NCBI GenBank assembly: GCA_039931205.1 | Contig: JBDTSJ010000095.1 | Coordinates: 104 to 64,103 of the forward strand | Direction: 5' to 3' | Origin: Acidobacteriota bacterium | GTDB lineage: Bacteria; Acidobacteriota; Terriglobia; Bryobacterales; Bryobacteraceae | Length of the DNA: 64,000 nt | Shown here: piece by piece, positions 1 through 8,527 of the stretch | How the letters are laid out: every line of letters starts with the position of its first letter | Numbering within the stretch: the stretch's first letter is position 1 | The notes under the pieces: generated by a model | Databases searched by the model: none | Told to the model about the DNA's origin: nothing | What the model saw: the letters and a program-made list of their open reading frames with translations, nothing else | Position numbers and translations under genes: made by a program

Positions 1-54
1 GCTCGCGTAGAGCGTTCATGGACTTGTGGTTAACAACCACAGAGAGGAATAAAC

Positions 55-503
55 ATGGACGCAAAGATGCTCGAAGGACTTACAAAACTCACTACGGCAG
101 CGCTTAAACGCATGTATGTCGAAATAATTGGGGAGGCATCGAAGTCCTCCAACAAAGACTTACTGGCTCGCCGGCTGGCCTGGAAGATTCAATCGAGGCC
201 GAAGGCGGATTGAGCGAACGGGCGCGAAATCGGGCCGCGGAAATCGCTGATGAAGCAGATTTCCGGGTACGGGCGCCGAAAGGTTTCCAGCCCAGCAATG
301 CTATCTCCCGATCCTGGGCAGCAAGTCGCTCGCAGCCCTCCAGAGACTGGCGGGTGCCGCCGCCCGGCACCATTCGGACCCGGCGGTACGCAAATCGTGA
401 AATAGTTGCGACCGTACTAGACAAATCCTATGAATTCGAATCACGGCGTTACAGATCACTGAGCGCTATCGCCCGCGAGGTCACCGGCTGGTTACGCAGG
501 TAG
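55..503 (+). pseudogene. DUF2924-like (phage/ICE recombinase-associated) gene, frameshifted and 3'-truncated
   Basis: ATG at 55 follows an AGAGAGG Shine-Dalgarno-like motif. Frame 1 reads MDAKMLEGLTKLTTAALKRMYVEI...LARRLAWKIQS and hits TGA at 211-213. Frame 0 (track ORF 210..503) continues ..IEAEGGLSERARNRAAEIADE...PGTIRTRRYANREIVATVLDKSYEFESRRYRSLSAIAREVTG. Joined, the two frames reproduce the DUF2924 layout as I remember it (..aw.iQ...GGLSe.. and ..yeyeGr.y.SLSaiAr.iTG..). A 1-nt shift lies near 190-210 and the usual C-terminal tail is missing. Confidence 0.6.
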
Positions 504-584
504 ATTGCCGAAAAGCGAGACCAAGGGACTCAGTTGGAAGGCGCAGACTTTGGCTAGTCTGGCGCTTTGCCCGTCCACAAGGGG

Positions 585-646
585 GGAGAGAAAGTTTTCT
601 CCAAAAGAGTGGCTCCCCAGAAATCGTGTTTTCAAACTTTCTCTCC
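585..646. repeat. 13-bp perfect inverted repeat, GGAGAGAAAGTTT (585-597) and AAACTTTCTCTCC (634-646)
   Basis: Read directly. The right arm lies inside the 35-nt element that is also present 3' of the intact doc gene. The repeat sits between the truncated DUF2924 gene and the doc remnant. Confidence 0.7.
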
Positions 647-648
647 GC
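614..648. repeat. 35-nt conserved element, copy 1 (TCCCCAGAAATCGTGTTTTCAAACTTTCTCTCCGC)
   Basis: 34/35 identical to 4029-4063. In both copies it lies just 3' of a doc gene on the minus strand. Confidence 0.8.
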
Positions 649-650
649 GA

Positions 651-900
651 ACTACACATGGTCGCGAAGGCACTCTCAAGCTCTCTAAATCGTAAGGTCC
701 CGGATTCGCACGGTCCGAGCAGAAACTTGTAGGCTTCCGTGTCGTCGAACCGGAGCCGGTATCCATTCACAGTCAGGAACGCAGCCGTCACCGTGACCGC
801 GACTCGCTTGTTACCGTCTACAAATGGATGATTTTGGACAGGCTTTCCCAGAGGGCAGCGGCTTCTGAATGAGGTCCGTGTAATAGCCAAGACAGCTTTG
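651..900 (-). pseudogene. doc (Fic/Doc death-on-curing toxin) remnant
   Basis: Track ORF 492..890 reads ..NHPFVDGNKRVAVTVTAAFLTVNGYRLRFDD...GTLRFRELE. This closely matches the intact doc at 4086-4472 (..NHPFLDGNKRVAVTVTAAFLTVNGYRLLFDD...GTLRFQELE). About 50 N-terminal codons are degenerate. One nt is missing relative to copy 2 near 865 (gcttctgaatg versus gcttcttgaatg). The native stop is lost. Confidence 0.7.
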
Positions 901-998
901 ATGCTGACTTTAGAGACTGACCACCAAGAAGTGCCAGAGCTTCTTAGAAGTGCGGTCGCCGCCGTTCGCGGACAAAAGCAGCACGGACAGCCGGTCCT

Positions 999-2108
999 TC
1001 ACTTGAGTGGATAGCCCTGCCACACGTATTCCAGCGCCTGCGCGAGCGTCTGCCGCTTCACCGCGCCATCGGTATGCCCGGCGTTTCGCGCGAACGTAAA
1101 TTGGTAGTGATACCCCTTGGCTGCTAGCGCCGCCGCCATCTTCTCATTCGCGACAACCCAATCGTGCATCTCATCGCGCATCACATTCGGATTGTAGAGG
1201 TCACGATCCCCGACCTCCATCCAAATGCGGATCGGCTTCACCGCGCTGTTCGGAAGGATGGTCTTGGGATATTCCCAAGCCCCACCCGGAGTCTCCGGAC
1301 GCGAGGGCCACTGCTGATTTACCCACGTGCCTGAATACGCAAGCACGCGGTGGTACCAGTCGTTGTGATACCAAGCCATGCTGAACGCGGCCGCGGCTCC
1401 CGAGCTTCCACCCATTGTGGCGCGCCCGTCGGGATTCTTGGTGAGCTTCACGTTGTATTGTTTCTCCACCAAAGGCAGCACTTCGGTTTCGACGAACTCG
1501 GCATACAGCCCAGAAAGCGTATCGTACTCGAGCCCGCGCTGGCTCCCCTGCGCATCCCCGCTGCCGTTGCCGATCGACATCGCGATCATTGCCGGCACGC
1601 GCTTCTGCGCGATCAAATTGTCGAGCACAGTAAACAACACAGCGTCCGGCCCATCCGCGCCGACAATGAAGGGCGCTTCAGTCCCCGGCACATATTGCGC
1701 CGGAACATACACGGCGATCCTTCGCGTGTACGGGGCAGGGTGGCTCGTGGTCACAATCAACTTCGCTGCGTCATTCCGATCGGGCGTGCCGAACGTCCCT
1801 TGATCGCGCGCGATGCCCGGATAGATCTTGCTGTCCGCCGAACTCATGGTGAAGTTGTAGACCATCCCATGGGGCACGCTCTCGACCACTATCGTCTCCG
1901 GCGAAGGATTGTGCGTCGGCCCAATAATAAAGTTCCCGTCCGCGTTGATCGGCGGCAGCGTCCCATCCGGCAACTCCTTCGCCGCGACAAACCCCGGAGT
2001 GTTCGGATCGCGAGTAGGCGGCCCCGGTCTAGCAGCGGGCGCTTGAGCGTTCGCAATTGAACCCGCGATCAAACTTGCGAGTACCGTGGCCAAGTGAGGT
2101 CTGGACAT
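999..2108 (-). CDS. secreted esterase (putative esterase / enterochelin-esterase-like alpha/beta hydrolase)
   Basis: 369-aa ORF with a signal peptide (MSRPHLATVLASLIAGSIANAQA), a GGSSGA nucleophile-elbow-like motif and a C-terminal ..ARNAGHTDG.. GGAAGGAG Shine-Dalgarno motif upstream of the ATG. Confidence 0.75.
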   Translation of the reverse strand: MSRPHLATVLASLIAGSIANAQAPAARPGPPTRDPNTPGFVAAKELPDGTLPPINADGNFIIGPTHNPSPETIVVESVPHGMVYNFTMSSADSKIYPGIARDQGTFGTPDRNDAAKLIVTTSHPAPYTRRIAVYVPAQYVPGTEAPFIVGADGPDAVLFTVLDNLIAQKRVPAMIAMSIGNGSGDAQGSQRGLEYDTLSGLYAEFVETEVLPLVEKQYNVKLTKNPDGRATMGGSSGAAAAFSMAWYHNDWYHRVLAYSGTWVNQQWPSRPETPGGAWEYPKTILPNSAVKPIRIWMEVGDRDLYNPNVMRDEMHDWVVANEKMAAALAAKGYHYQFTFARNAGHTDGAVKRQTLAQALEYVWQGYPLK

Positions 2109-2185
2109 GAGAACTCCTTCCAGAACAGTCTATCGCATGCCTCCTTGACCGCGCGTTGCCCGTAATTCTTTGCGAAAGGCTGTGC

Positions 2186-3553
2186 TTAGCGTCTGGAGCC
2201 ATTCTTCGACGTGAGCGCATCGATGTCGATCGCCATGCCCATGGCTAGATAGCCGAGGCGATTGGGATGCAGCTTGTCTCCAGGCCCTCCAGTTGTGTTG
2301 TCCGGGACAAATTCTGACCGCATGCCCCCGGTCTGCGGATCGACGATCACCTTGTCAAAATCTGCCACGCCATCGAATAGTCCCCCGGTGCGGATAAAAT
2401 CGTTCAAGGCTTTTCGTTCAGTATCCCGTTCAGAAGAACCGTATGCCGCGTTCGTGCTGCCTAGCGCCGGAGTGAGCGTTGCTCCAATCACCTTCACACC
2501 GGGAATCCGCACCCGGATCCGCTTCACCCCCTCCTGCAACCCGGCTATTACCGCCGCGACACTGGCGCTCCCACTGTTGCTTAAGTCATTAATTCCTTCC
2601 AGCCAGACCACGGTCGACACGCCGGACAGACTGAGAACGTCCCGATCCAGACGTTGCAGAGCCGAGGGTCCGCCCGCGAACGGTCTCCGCGCCGAGTATT
2701 CCAGTGGTCCAACCACTTGGTTTCCTCCAATCCCCGCATTGATCACGGAATAGCGGCTGCCTGGGATCGCCTGCAGGCGGCGTGAAAGTACATCCGGCCA
2801 GCGGTCGTCTCCATTGAGTGTCGACGCAGTGCCGTCTGTGATGGAATCGCCAAAGGCCACGATCGCATGGGTGTCTCCAGGCATCATCATGTCAAGCGCA
2901 TCCATGAAATACCACGAGGTGGTGGCGATCGGGAACGCTGTTTCGCTTTCTTCTTTCCCTTTTGCTCCAGCGCCGCGCATCGTCAAGTAGGAACTCGTGA
3001 GCGCTTTGGCATGCCACGTCATGGGGCCGCTTTCACCCACAACGTGAAAACTCACCGCTAGCTTTCGGCCCAAGAGTTCCGCGCCGGGCGGATTCCTCAC
3101 AAAAGGCAGCGATGCCGGATCGCTCCACTCAGACTCACCAGGGGCAATGGTAATGCTGGTGTTCTTTCCGAATGTCACTGGCCGATTCGTGCCCGGCACA
3201 AGCGCTGCGCTACTCGCTTGCATGCCCACAAAAATGGCATCGAATGTGACGGGCCGCGTTCCAAAAACGTTGGATAGGCGCAAGCGCGTCTGGCGTCCCC
3301 AGGCGCCAGGCCTTACGATGAGACGGAAAGTCTGATCGCGTGCCCCGCTATCCGGAGACGGAAACGCGAGACTCAGATTCGGCTGTGCCGAAGGGTTGCC
3401 GACAGGATAAGGGCCTTGCGCGGAACCTGTCCAACTCGTTACCCATTTCTGATCCGGGTTGGCCGCCGCTGGGGAACCGCCGATCGTGGAAAACAGCAAC
3501 GCCATCGCCCCCCACAATTGCGAAAGTGCCCTGCGTCGCGGTGGAATCATCAC
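2186..3553 (-). CDS. secreted SGNH/GDSL-family hydrolase with N-terminal beta-rich domain
   Basis: 455-aa ORF with a signal peptide. SGNH blocks are FGDSITDG, GIGGN, EGINDL and DKLHPN. Confidence 0.8.
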   Translation of the reverse strand: MMIPPRRRALSQLWGAMALLFSTIGGSPAAANPDQKWVTSWTGSAQGPYPVGNPSAQPNLSLAFPSPDSGARDQTFRLIVRPGAWGRQTRLRLSNVFGTRPVTFDAIFVGMQASSAALVPGTNRPVTFGKNTSITIAPGESEWSDPASLPFVRNPPGAELLGRKLAVSFHVVGESGPMTWHAKALTSSYLTMRGAGAKGKEESETAFPIATTSWYFMDALDMMMPGDTHAIVAFGDSITDGTASTLNGDDRWPDVLSRRLQAIPGSRYSVINAGIGGNQVVGPLEYSARRPFAGGPSALQRLDRDVLSLSGVSTVVWLEGINDLSNSGSASVAAVIAGLQEGVKRIRVRIPGVKVIGATLTPALGSTNAAYGSSERDTERKALNDFIRTGGLFDGVADFDKVIVDPQTGGMRSEFVPDNTTGGPGDKLHPNRLGYLAMGMAIDIDALTSKNGSRR

Positions 3554-3739
3554 ATCATTGTAGAAGAGAGCAGATCGGATGTTCTAGTTTCGGGGCGCGG
3601 CGACGGCCAGTGAACCAAACGTGCCCCTCCTTGTGGAGCCTGATGTGGAGTGCCTGAGAGGATGCCTTGAGAAACGCAGGCCTCAGCCATTCGACATCGC
3701 GCGCCGCAACGGTGAGCGCGGCCACCGGCCTTATCGCGA

Positions 3740-3914
3740 TTGACTTCCCGCAAGCGAACGAAGGTAATTCACCGGCCAGATCCTCCATCTCAATTCGATC
3801 GCGCTCCATGTTATAAAGATCCCAGGCCTCTCCGCGAAGCGCGCTCGATTTGTATCGTCCGTCCCGCACAGCCCGATGTCCTTCGTGATCGAAATAGAGC
3901 GTCCGGTTGGGCAT
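3740..3914 (-). pseudogene. arylsulfatase C-terminal fragment
   Basis: The N-terminal third of track ORF 3555..3914 reads RTLYFDHEGHRAVRDGRYK..GEAWDLYNMERDRIEMEDLAGELP. This matches the conserved C-terminal sulfatase block (..lyfeheGn.AvRdGkwKl...WELYdl..D.sE..nLA) as I remember it. No catalytic N-terminal part is present upstream in any frame. Confidence 0.55.
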
Positions 3915-4028
3915 CTTCTCATTCAGGTCTCAATCCTGGGGTGAGCCCGGCCGCAGTCAACTCAAATGGCGGCCGCGGGTGATCGCGAAAAAGTGCCAGC
4001 GGGCGATTCGAGGTCATGGGACGGTGGA

Positions 4029-4063
4029 TCCCCAGAAATCGTGTCTTCAAACTTTCTCTCCGC
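4029..4063. repeat. 35-nt conserved element, copy 2
   Basis: TCCCCAGAAATCGTGTCTTCAAACTTTCTCTCCGC, 34/35 identical to 614-648. It lies 23 nt 3' of the doc stop. Confidence 0.8.
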
Positions 4064-4085
4064 TAGAAGCGATCACCCGGCCTTA

Positions 4086-4472
4086 TCAGGTGGATCGATC
4101 CACGGGCTGAGCATGGTGGCGCAGCCACGTCTCAAGTTCTTGAAATCGCAACGTCCCAGATTCATACAGTCTGAGTAAGAACGCGACGGCTTCTATATCG
4201 TCGAACAGCAGTCGATATCCATTCACAGTCAGGAAGGCCGCCGTCACAGTTACCGCGACTCGTTTGTTACCGTCCAAGAATGGATGATTCTGGGACAGGC
4301 TTTCCCAAAGTGCAGCGGCTTCTTGAATGAGGTCCGTGTAATAACCACTCTGCGGTCTCGCCAAGGCGGATTTGAGTGCGCCTCGGTCTCGAATGCCGAG
4401 TGAGCCTCCAAATCGAGCGATTAGCCGGTCATGGACATCCATGACCTCGTCAACAGTTGGATAGGAGGTCAC
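4086..4472 (-). CDS. doc: type II toxin, Doc (death-on-curing, Fic fold)
   Basis: 128 aa with the Doc/Fic motif HPFLDGNKRVA. Its start overlaps the stop of the upstream small gene by 4 nt. Confidence 0.85.
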   Translation of the reverse strand: MTSYPTVDEVMDVHDRLIARFGGSLGIRDRGALKSALARPQSGYYTDLIQEAAALWESLSQNHPFLDGNKRVAVTVTAAFLTVNGYRLLFDDIEAVAFLLRLYESGTLRFQELETWLRHHAQPVDRST

Positions 4473-4648
4473 TGAGCCAAGCGGCGGAGCAGTTCCGGGT
4501 GTTGGTCGATGAACTCGTCAGCAGCCGTCAGAAACGCCGACGAGGGAGCGGATTTCTTCCCCTTCAGGAATTCAACGAATTGCTTAACGGACTCCTGTTC
4601 CTCGGGCGTAAGGGAACTGACGACATCGGCAAGGTTCTCAGCGGCCAT
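4469..4648 (-). CDS. putative Phd-like antitoxin partner of Doc
   Basis: Small acidic ORF (MAAENLADVVSSLTPEEQESVKQFVEFLKG...) translationally coupled to doc. The track ORF extends to 4711. The internal ATG at 4648 is preferred, but the start is uncertain. The family was not recognised by sequence and the call rests on position. Confidence 0.55.
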   Translation of the reverse strand: MAAENLADVVSSLTPEEQESVKQFVEFLKGKKSAPSSAFLTAADEFIDQHPELLRRLAQ

Positions 4649-4742
4649 AGGGGTCTTTCTACCTGCAGTATAACTCGGCGAAACGCGGCGTGCGTTAGCG
4701 ACCGGTATCACTCATGAGTAACCGATAGCGCTCCTGAGCAGG

Positions 4743-4816
4743 TGGCTCCCCAGCGTGGATTCGAACCACGATTCACGGCGTCAAAGGCCGCTGTCCTACC
4801 ATTAGACGACCGGGGA
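4743..4816 (-). tRNA. tRNA-Gln (anticodon UUG)
   Basis: 74-nt cloverleaf folded by hand from TCCCCGG TC GTCT AATGGTA GGAC A GCGGC CTTTGAC GCCGT GAAT CGTGG TTCGAAT CCACG CTGGGGA G CCA. It has a 7-bp acceptor stem, 4-bp D stem, 5-bp anticodon stem with loop CU-UUG-AC, a TTCGAAT T-loop and an encoded CCA. Confidence 0.9.
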
Positions 4817-4883
4817 ATGCTGTTGGAGGGAACGAACAAGATCAGTTTACCACGGGGACGCGCTTGCGGCTTCGATGCTCTCG

Positions 4884-6092
4884 CTAAAGGACTCTCTCGA
4901 ACCTATATCCCGCATCGCGAAGACTATGCATTAGTTCCTCCGCGTGCTCCGCGCCGCGAGTCTCCATGGTGATGTCGATCTTTGCTTCACCCAGATGAAC
5001 GCCGAAATAGGTCCGGTCATGGATCACCTGCAAAATGTTCGCGCGGCCTCGTGAGATCACACCGGTAAGGCGCTCCAGGCCCCCTGGATGATCGGCCAGA
5101 GTCACGCGCAGGCGGACCGAACGGCCATCTTTCACCAAGCCGCGCTCGATGATATGGGCCAATAGCGTCACATCGATGTTGCCGCCGGTGATCACCGCGG
5201 CTACCCTTTTCCCACGCAGCGAAGTCCGCTTCTGCAATAGGGCCGCGACTCCGATCGCTCCGGCGCCTTCCGCCAAAGTCTTCTGTTTCTCCAACAGCCG
5301 CAGGATGGCCATCGCAATTTCTTCGTCGTCGACGGTGACCATTTCGTCGACGTACTTCTCGGCCAATTCCAAAGTTAGATCGCCCACGCGCCGCACCGCA
5401 ACGCCGTCGGCGATGGTGGGGGCGGCCGGAACGTCCACCGGCTGGTGAGCGGCCAATGCCGCCTTCATTGACGGGAGGGCCGCCGGCTCCACGCCGACGA
5501 TTCGCACCTCCGGACGCGTCTCCTTGATCGCGCAACTCAGCCCGCCAATCAGTCCGCCCCCACCCACCGGAACCACGACCGCTTCCAGGTCTGGAATCTG
5601 ATCCAGCAACTCCAGCCCCACGGTTCCCTGCCCCGCAATCACCGCTGGATCGTCGAATGCATGCAGAAAGGTGGCCCCGCCGGTAATCGCCCGGCGGCGA
5701 GCCTCGGCTAACGCCTCGTCGAAATTCTCACCATGCAGCACCACTTCCGCGCCCCAGCCCCGCGTGGCCGTCACCTTCACCAAGGGAGTATAGAGCGGCA
5801 TGCAAATGGTCGCGTGAATTCCCAAGCGGCCCGCATGATAGGCGACCCCCTGGGCGTGATTCCCAGCGGACGCCGCGATCACGCCATTGGCGCGCTGTTG
5901 CTCCGTCATGCACAACATTCCGTTCAGCGCCCCACGCTCCTTGTAGGATCCCGTCACATGCAGGTTCTCAAGCTTCAACAGAACCGCATTGTCCGTTTCG
6001 CGCGAGAGATTCTCCGAATAGGCCGCCGGAGAGATGCGAATGCTGTCGCGAATGCGGGCGCGCGCGGCTTGCACATCGGCAAGGGTTACCAT
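4884..6092 (-). CDS. ilvA: threonine ammonia-lyase (threonine dehydratase) with C-terminal ACT-like domain
   Basis: PLP-lysine motif TGSYKERGA and a GGGGL glycine loop. Start set at MVTLADVQAARARI (ATG 6092). The upstream 39 codons of the track ORF look non-coding. Confidence 0.85.
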   Translation of the reverse strand: MVTLADVQAARARIRDSIRISPAAYSENLSRETDNAVLLKLENLHVTGSYKERGALNGMLCMTEQQRANGVIAASAGNHAQGVAYHAGRLGIHATICMPLYTPLVKVTATRGWGAEVVLHGENFDEALAEARRRAITGGATFLHAFDDPAVIAGQGTVGLELLDQIPDLEAVVVPVGGGGLIGGLSCAIKETRPEVRIVGVEPAALPSMKAALAAHQPVDVPAAPTIADGVAVRRVGDLTLELAEKYVDEMVTVDDEEIAMAILRLLEKQKTLAEGAGAIGVAALLQKRTSLRGKRVAAVITGGNIDVTLLAHIIERGLVKDGRSVRLRVTLADHPGGLERLTGVISRGRANILQVIHDRTYFGVHLGEAKIDITMETRGAEHAEELMHSLRDAGYRFERVL

Positions 6093-6771
6093 GAATTTCA
6101 GTATGGCTGGTTTACCTAAAAATGGTTTACCCAAAAGTGGTTCGCCTCCAACTCGTCTGGAGCAGGCTGGTGTCGCAGGCTTCCTGCATTCGCCGGCAGG
6201 CGGGCCCATCGCGGCGCTGGCGATTACGCACGGCGCTGGGTCAAATTGCCAGACTCCGCTGTTGTTGGCTCTGGCCGAAGCCTTTGCGGATGCCGGTTAT
6301 ACCGTCTTGAGATATGACCTACCGTTTCGCCAAGCTCGGCCCCATGGCCCACCCCTTGGCTCGCAGGCGAAAGACCGTGACGGCATCCGGCGGGCTGCGG
6401 ACGCCCTGCGGTCCGTGGCGCCAAACGTGCCGCTGTACTTGTCGGGGCACTCTTATGGTGGCCGCCAGACCAGTATGTTGGCAGCGGAAGATGCGTCCGC
6501 CGCCGATGCAATCCTGCTGCTCTCCTATCCCTTGCATCCTCCCAAACAGCCGGATAAATTGCGTACCCAGCACTTTCCGCAATTGCAAGTGCCGGCGCTT
6601 TTCGTGCATGGCACTCGCGATGAATTCGGGACAATCTCCGAAATGGAATCGGCACGCTTGCTCATCCCCGCCCGCACCGCCATTCAGCCAGTGCAAGGCG
6701 CGCCGCACGGGCTGGCGGCGAAGCTCGCGCCCCAGGTTCGCGAGTGGTTTGTTACCTTCACAAGTAAGTGA
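6091..6771 (+). CDS. alpha/beta hydrolase (COG3571 / KANL3-Tex30-like)
   Basis: ..ITHGAGSNCQTPLL..YDLPF..SGHSYGGR..HGTRDEFG..PHGL. The start could be ATG 6091 or ATG 6103. Confidence 0.7.
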   Translation: MNFSMAGLPKNGLPKSGSPPTRLEQAGVAGFLHSPAGGPIAALAITHGAGSNCQTPLLLALAEAFADAGYTVLRYDLPFRQARPHGPPLGSQAKDRDGIRRAADALRSVAPNVPLYLSGHSYGGRQTSMLAAEDASAADAILLLSYPLHPPKQPDKLRTQHFPQLQVPALFVHGTRDEFGTISEMESARLLIPARTAIQPVQGAPHGLAAKLAPQVREWFVTFTSK

Positions 6772-7439
6772 GTCTCCGCGATCGTATTGACCAAGTAGAA
6801 GAGCGCATCACCAACGCCGCTCAGCGTTCGGGACGCCGGCGCGATGAAATCGTCCTGGTGGCCGTGACCAAAAAGTTTTCGGCCGACGTGGTGCGGGAAG
6901 CCTACGGGTGCGGCTTGCGCGTGTTCGGCGAAAACTACGTCCAGGAATTCGCCGAAAAACATTCCGCGCTCAAAGACCTCGCAGATGCCGAGTTTCACCT
7001 TATCGGGCACCTCCAGTCGAACAAGACCAAACTGGCAGGCGATCTGTTCGGAACCATTGAGACAGTAGATTCAGCCAAGCTCGCGCGCCGTCTGAATGAA
7101 AGCGCACGTCCTCTCGACGTCATGATCGAGGTGAAGTTATCCGAGGAAGAATCCAAGGCCGGAGCGGCACCGGATGAGTTGCCTGCACTTATCGAGGCAA
7201 TTCAGAGTTGCCAACATCTTCGGCTTACCGGCTTGATGACCATGCCACCGTGGAGCGACGACCCATCTCAGACGCGGCCCTATTTTCGTAAACTGGCCGC
7301 GTTGGCGCGCCAGCACGGGCTGCTCAAGCTCTCGATGGGTATGTCCCACGATCTGGAAGCGGCCATAGAGGAGGGCGCAACGCACGTACGCGTTGGCACC
7401 GCGCTCTTCGGACCGCGGCCCAAGCCCACCCTTCCATGA
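6768..7439 (+). CDS. yggS: YggS-family pyridoxal-phosphate homeostasis protein
   Basis: 223 aa with ..LVAVTKKF..FGENYVQE..HLIGHLQSNK..SMGMSHDLE..VRVGTALFG. GTG start overlaps the upstream stop. Confidence 0.85.
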   Translation: MSLRDRIDQVEERITNAAQRSGRRRDEIVLVAVTKKFSADVVREAYGCGLRVFGENYVQEFAEKHSALKDLADAEFHLIGHLQSNKTKLAGDLFGTIETVDSAKLARRLNESARPLDVMIEVKLSEEESKAGAAPDELPALIEAIQSCQHLRLTGLMTMPPWSDDPSQTRPYFRKLAALARQHGLLKLSMGMSHDLEAAIEEGATHVRVGTALFGPRPKPTLP

Positions 7440-8527
7440 GGATCGGCTACTTTTCGCCGATGCCGCCGGCAGCCACCGGCGTCGCGGATTACAGCGCGGC
7501 GCTGCTGCCCTACCTGCGCCCATTCGGCGAGGTCTTCATCAACACGCCAAGCGATGTGAATCTCTATCATGTCGGCAACAATCGTCTGCACCGCGAGATC
7601 TACGAACGCGCACTCGCCGAACCCGGAGTAGTGGTCCTGCATGACGCCGTGCTGCAACATTTCTTTCTCGGCTCCCTGGATCAGCGTGCGTACATCGAAG
7701 AATTTGTCTACAACTATGGCGAATGGACCCGCGAGCTAGGCCGGGAGCTATGGCGTGAGCGGGCCCGCTCCGGTGCGGACGCGCGCTACTTCTCTTATCC
7801 GATGCTGAAGCGGGTGGCGTCTACCGCACGGGCCATTATCGTCCACAATCCCGCAGCCGCGGCCATGGTCAGACAGCACGTCCCGGACGCGAGGATCACA
7901 GAAATCCCGCATTTGTTTGTGCCCCCAATTCTGCCTGATGCAGTGGACACGCTGCGTTTCCGCCAAACGCTCGGCGTCGCGCCCAGGACGCTGTTGGTAG
8001 GAACCTTCGGACACCAGCGCGAGACCAAGCGCCTGGCGGTGCTGCTGCGCGCGTTCGAAGCCGCCCTGGCACGCGGCGCCGACGCGCGATTATTGGTATC
8101 CGGCGAATTCGTGTCGCAGACATTCTCGCGCACCATGGAGCCGCTTCTCGAACGCCCCTATATTCTTTGCACCAGATATCTTCCCGAACCAGACTTCTGG
8201 AAATACGCGGCCGCCACCGACCTATGCGTAAACTTGCGCTACCCCTCCGCCGCGGAATCCTCCGGAGTCGCGATCCGCTTCATGGGCATCGGCAAAGCTG
8301 TCGCCTTCAGCAGCGATCCAGCAATCGCGCGGTTCCCCGATAACGCTTGCCTGCGAATCGATACGGGAGCTACCGAGCAGGAGATGCTGACCGGCTACAT
8401 CTGCTTACTCGCTCAGCATCGCGAAGCTGCCGCCTCCATCGGCCGCCACGCCGCCGCACACATCGCGAGGGAGCACGATCCAGAAAAGGTGGCCGCCGCC
8501 TACTGGGACGTTCTCAGTAAAGCGTAG
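7436..8527 (+). CDS. glycosyltransferase (GT-B, GT4-like)
   Basis: 363 aa. N-terminus MRIGYFSPMPPAATGVADYS.. is typical of GT4 enzymes. 4-nt overlap with yggS. Confidence 0.65.
   Translation: MRIGYFSPMPPAATGVADYSAALLPYLRPFGEVFINTPSDVNLYHVGNNRLHREIYERALAEPGVVVLHDAVLQHFFLGSLDQRAYIEEFVYNYGEWTRELGRELWRERARSGADARYFSYPMLKRVASTARAIIVHNPAAAAMVRQHVPDARITEIPHLFVPPILPDAVDTLRFRQTLGVAPRTLLVGTFGHQRETKRLAVLLRAFEAALARGADARLLVSGEFVSQTFSRTMEPLLERPYILCTRYLPEPDFWKYAAATDLCVNLRYPSAAESSGVAIRFMGIGKAVAFSSDPAIARFPDNACLRIDTGATEQEMLTGYICLLAQHREAAASIGRHAAAHIAREHDPEKVAAAYWDVLSKA

Noticed and set aside
425-450. Partial resemblance (gaattcgaa..tcacggcgt) to the T-arm region of the tRNA-Gln gene, considered as a possible att repeat
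   Set aside because: Only 7 plus 9 nt match, with a 7-nt gap. The stretch encodes the conserved ..YEFESRRY.. block of DUF2924, so the match is most likely coincidental.
3915-4028. 33-codon ORF (MTSNRPLALFRDHPRPPFELTAAGLTPGLRPE) on the minus strand between the sulfatase fragment and the 35-nt element
   Set aside because: It has no Shine-Dalgarno motif, no motif and a composition typical of random high-GC sequence. It is probably non-coding debris.
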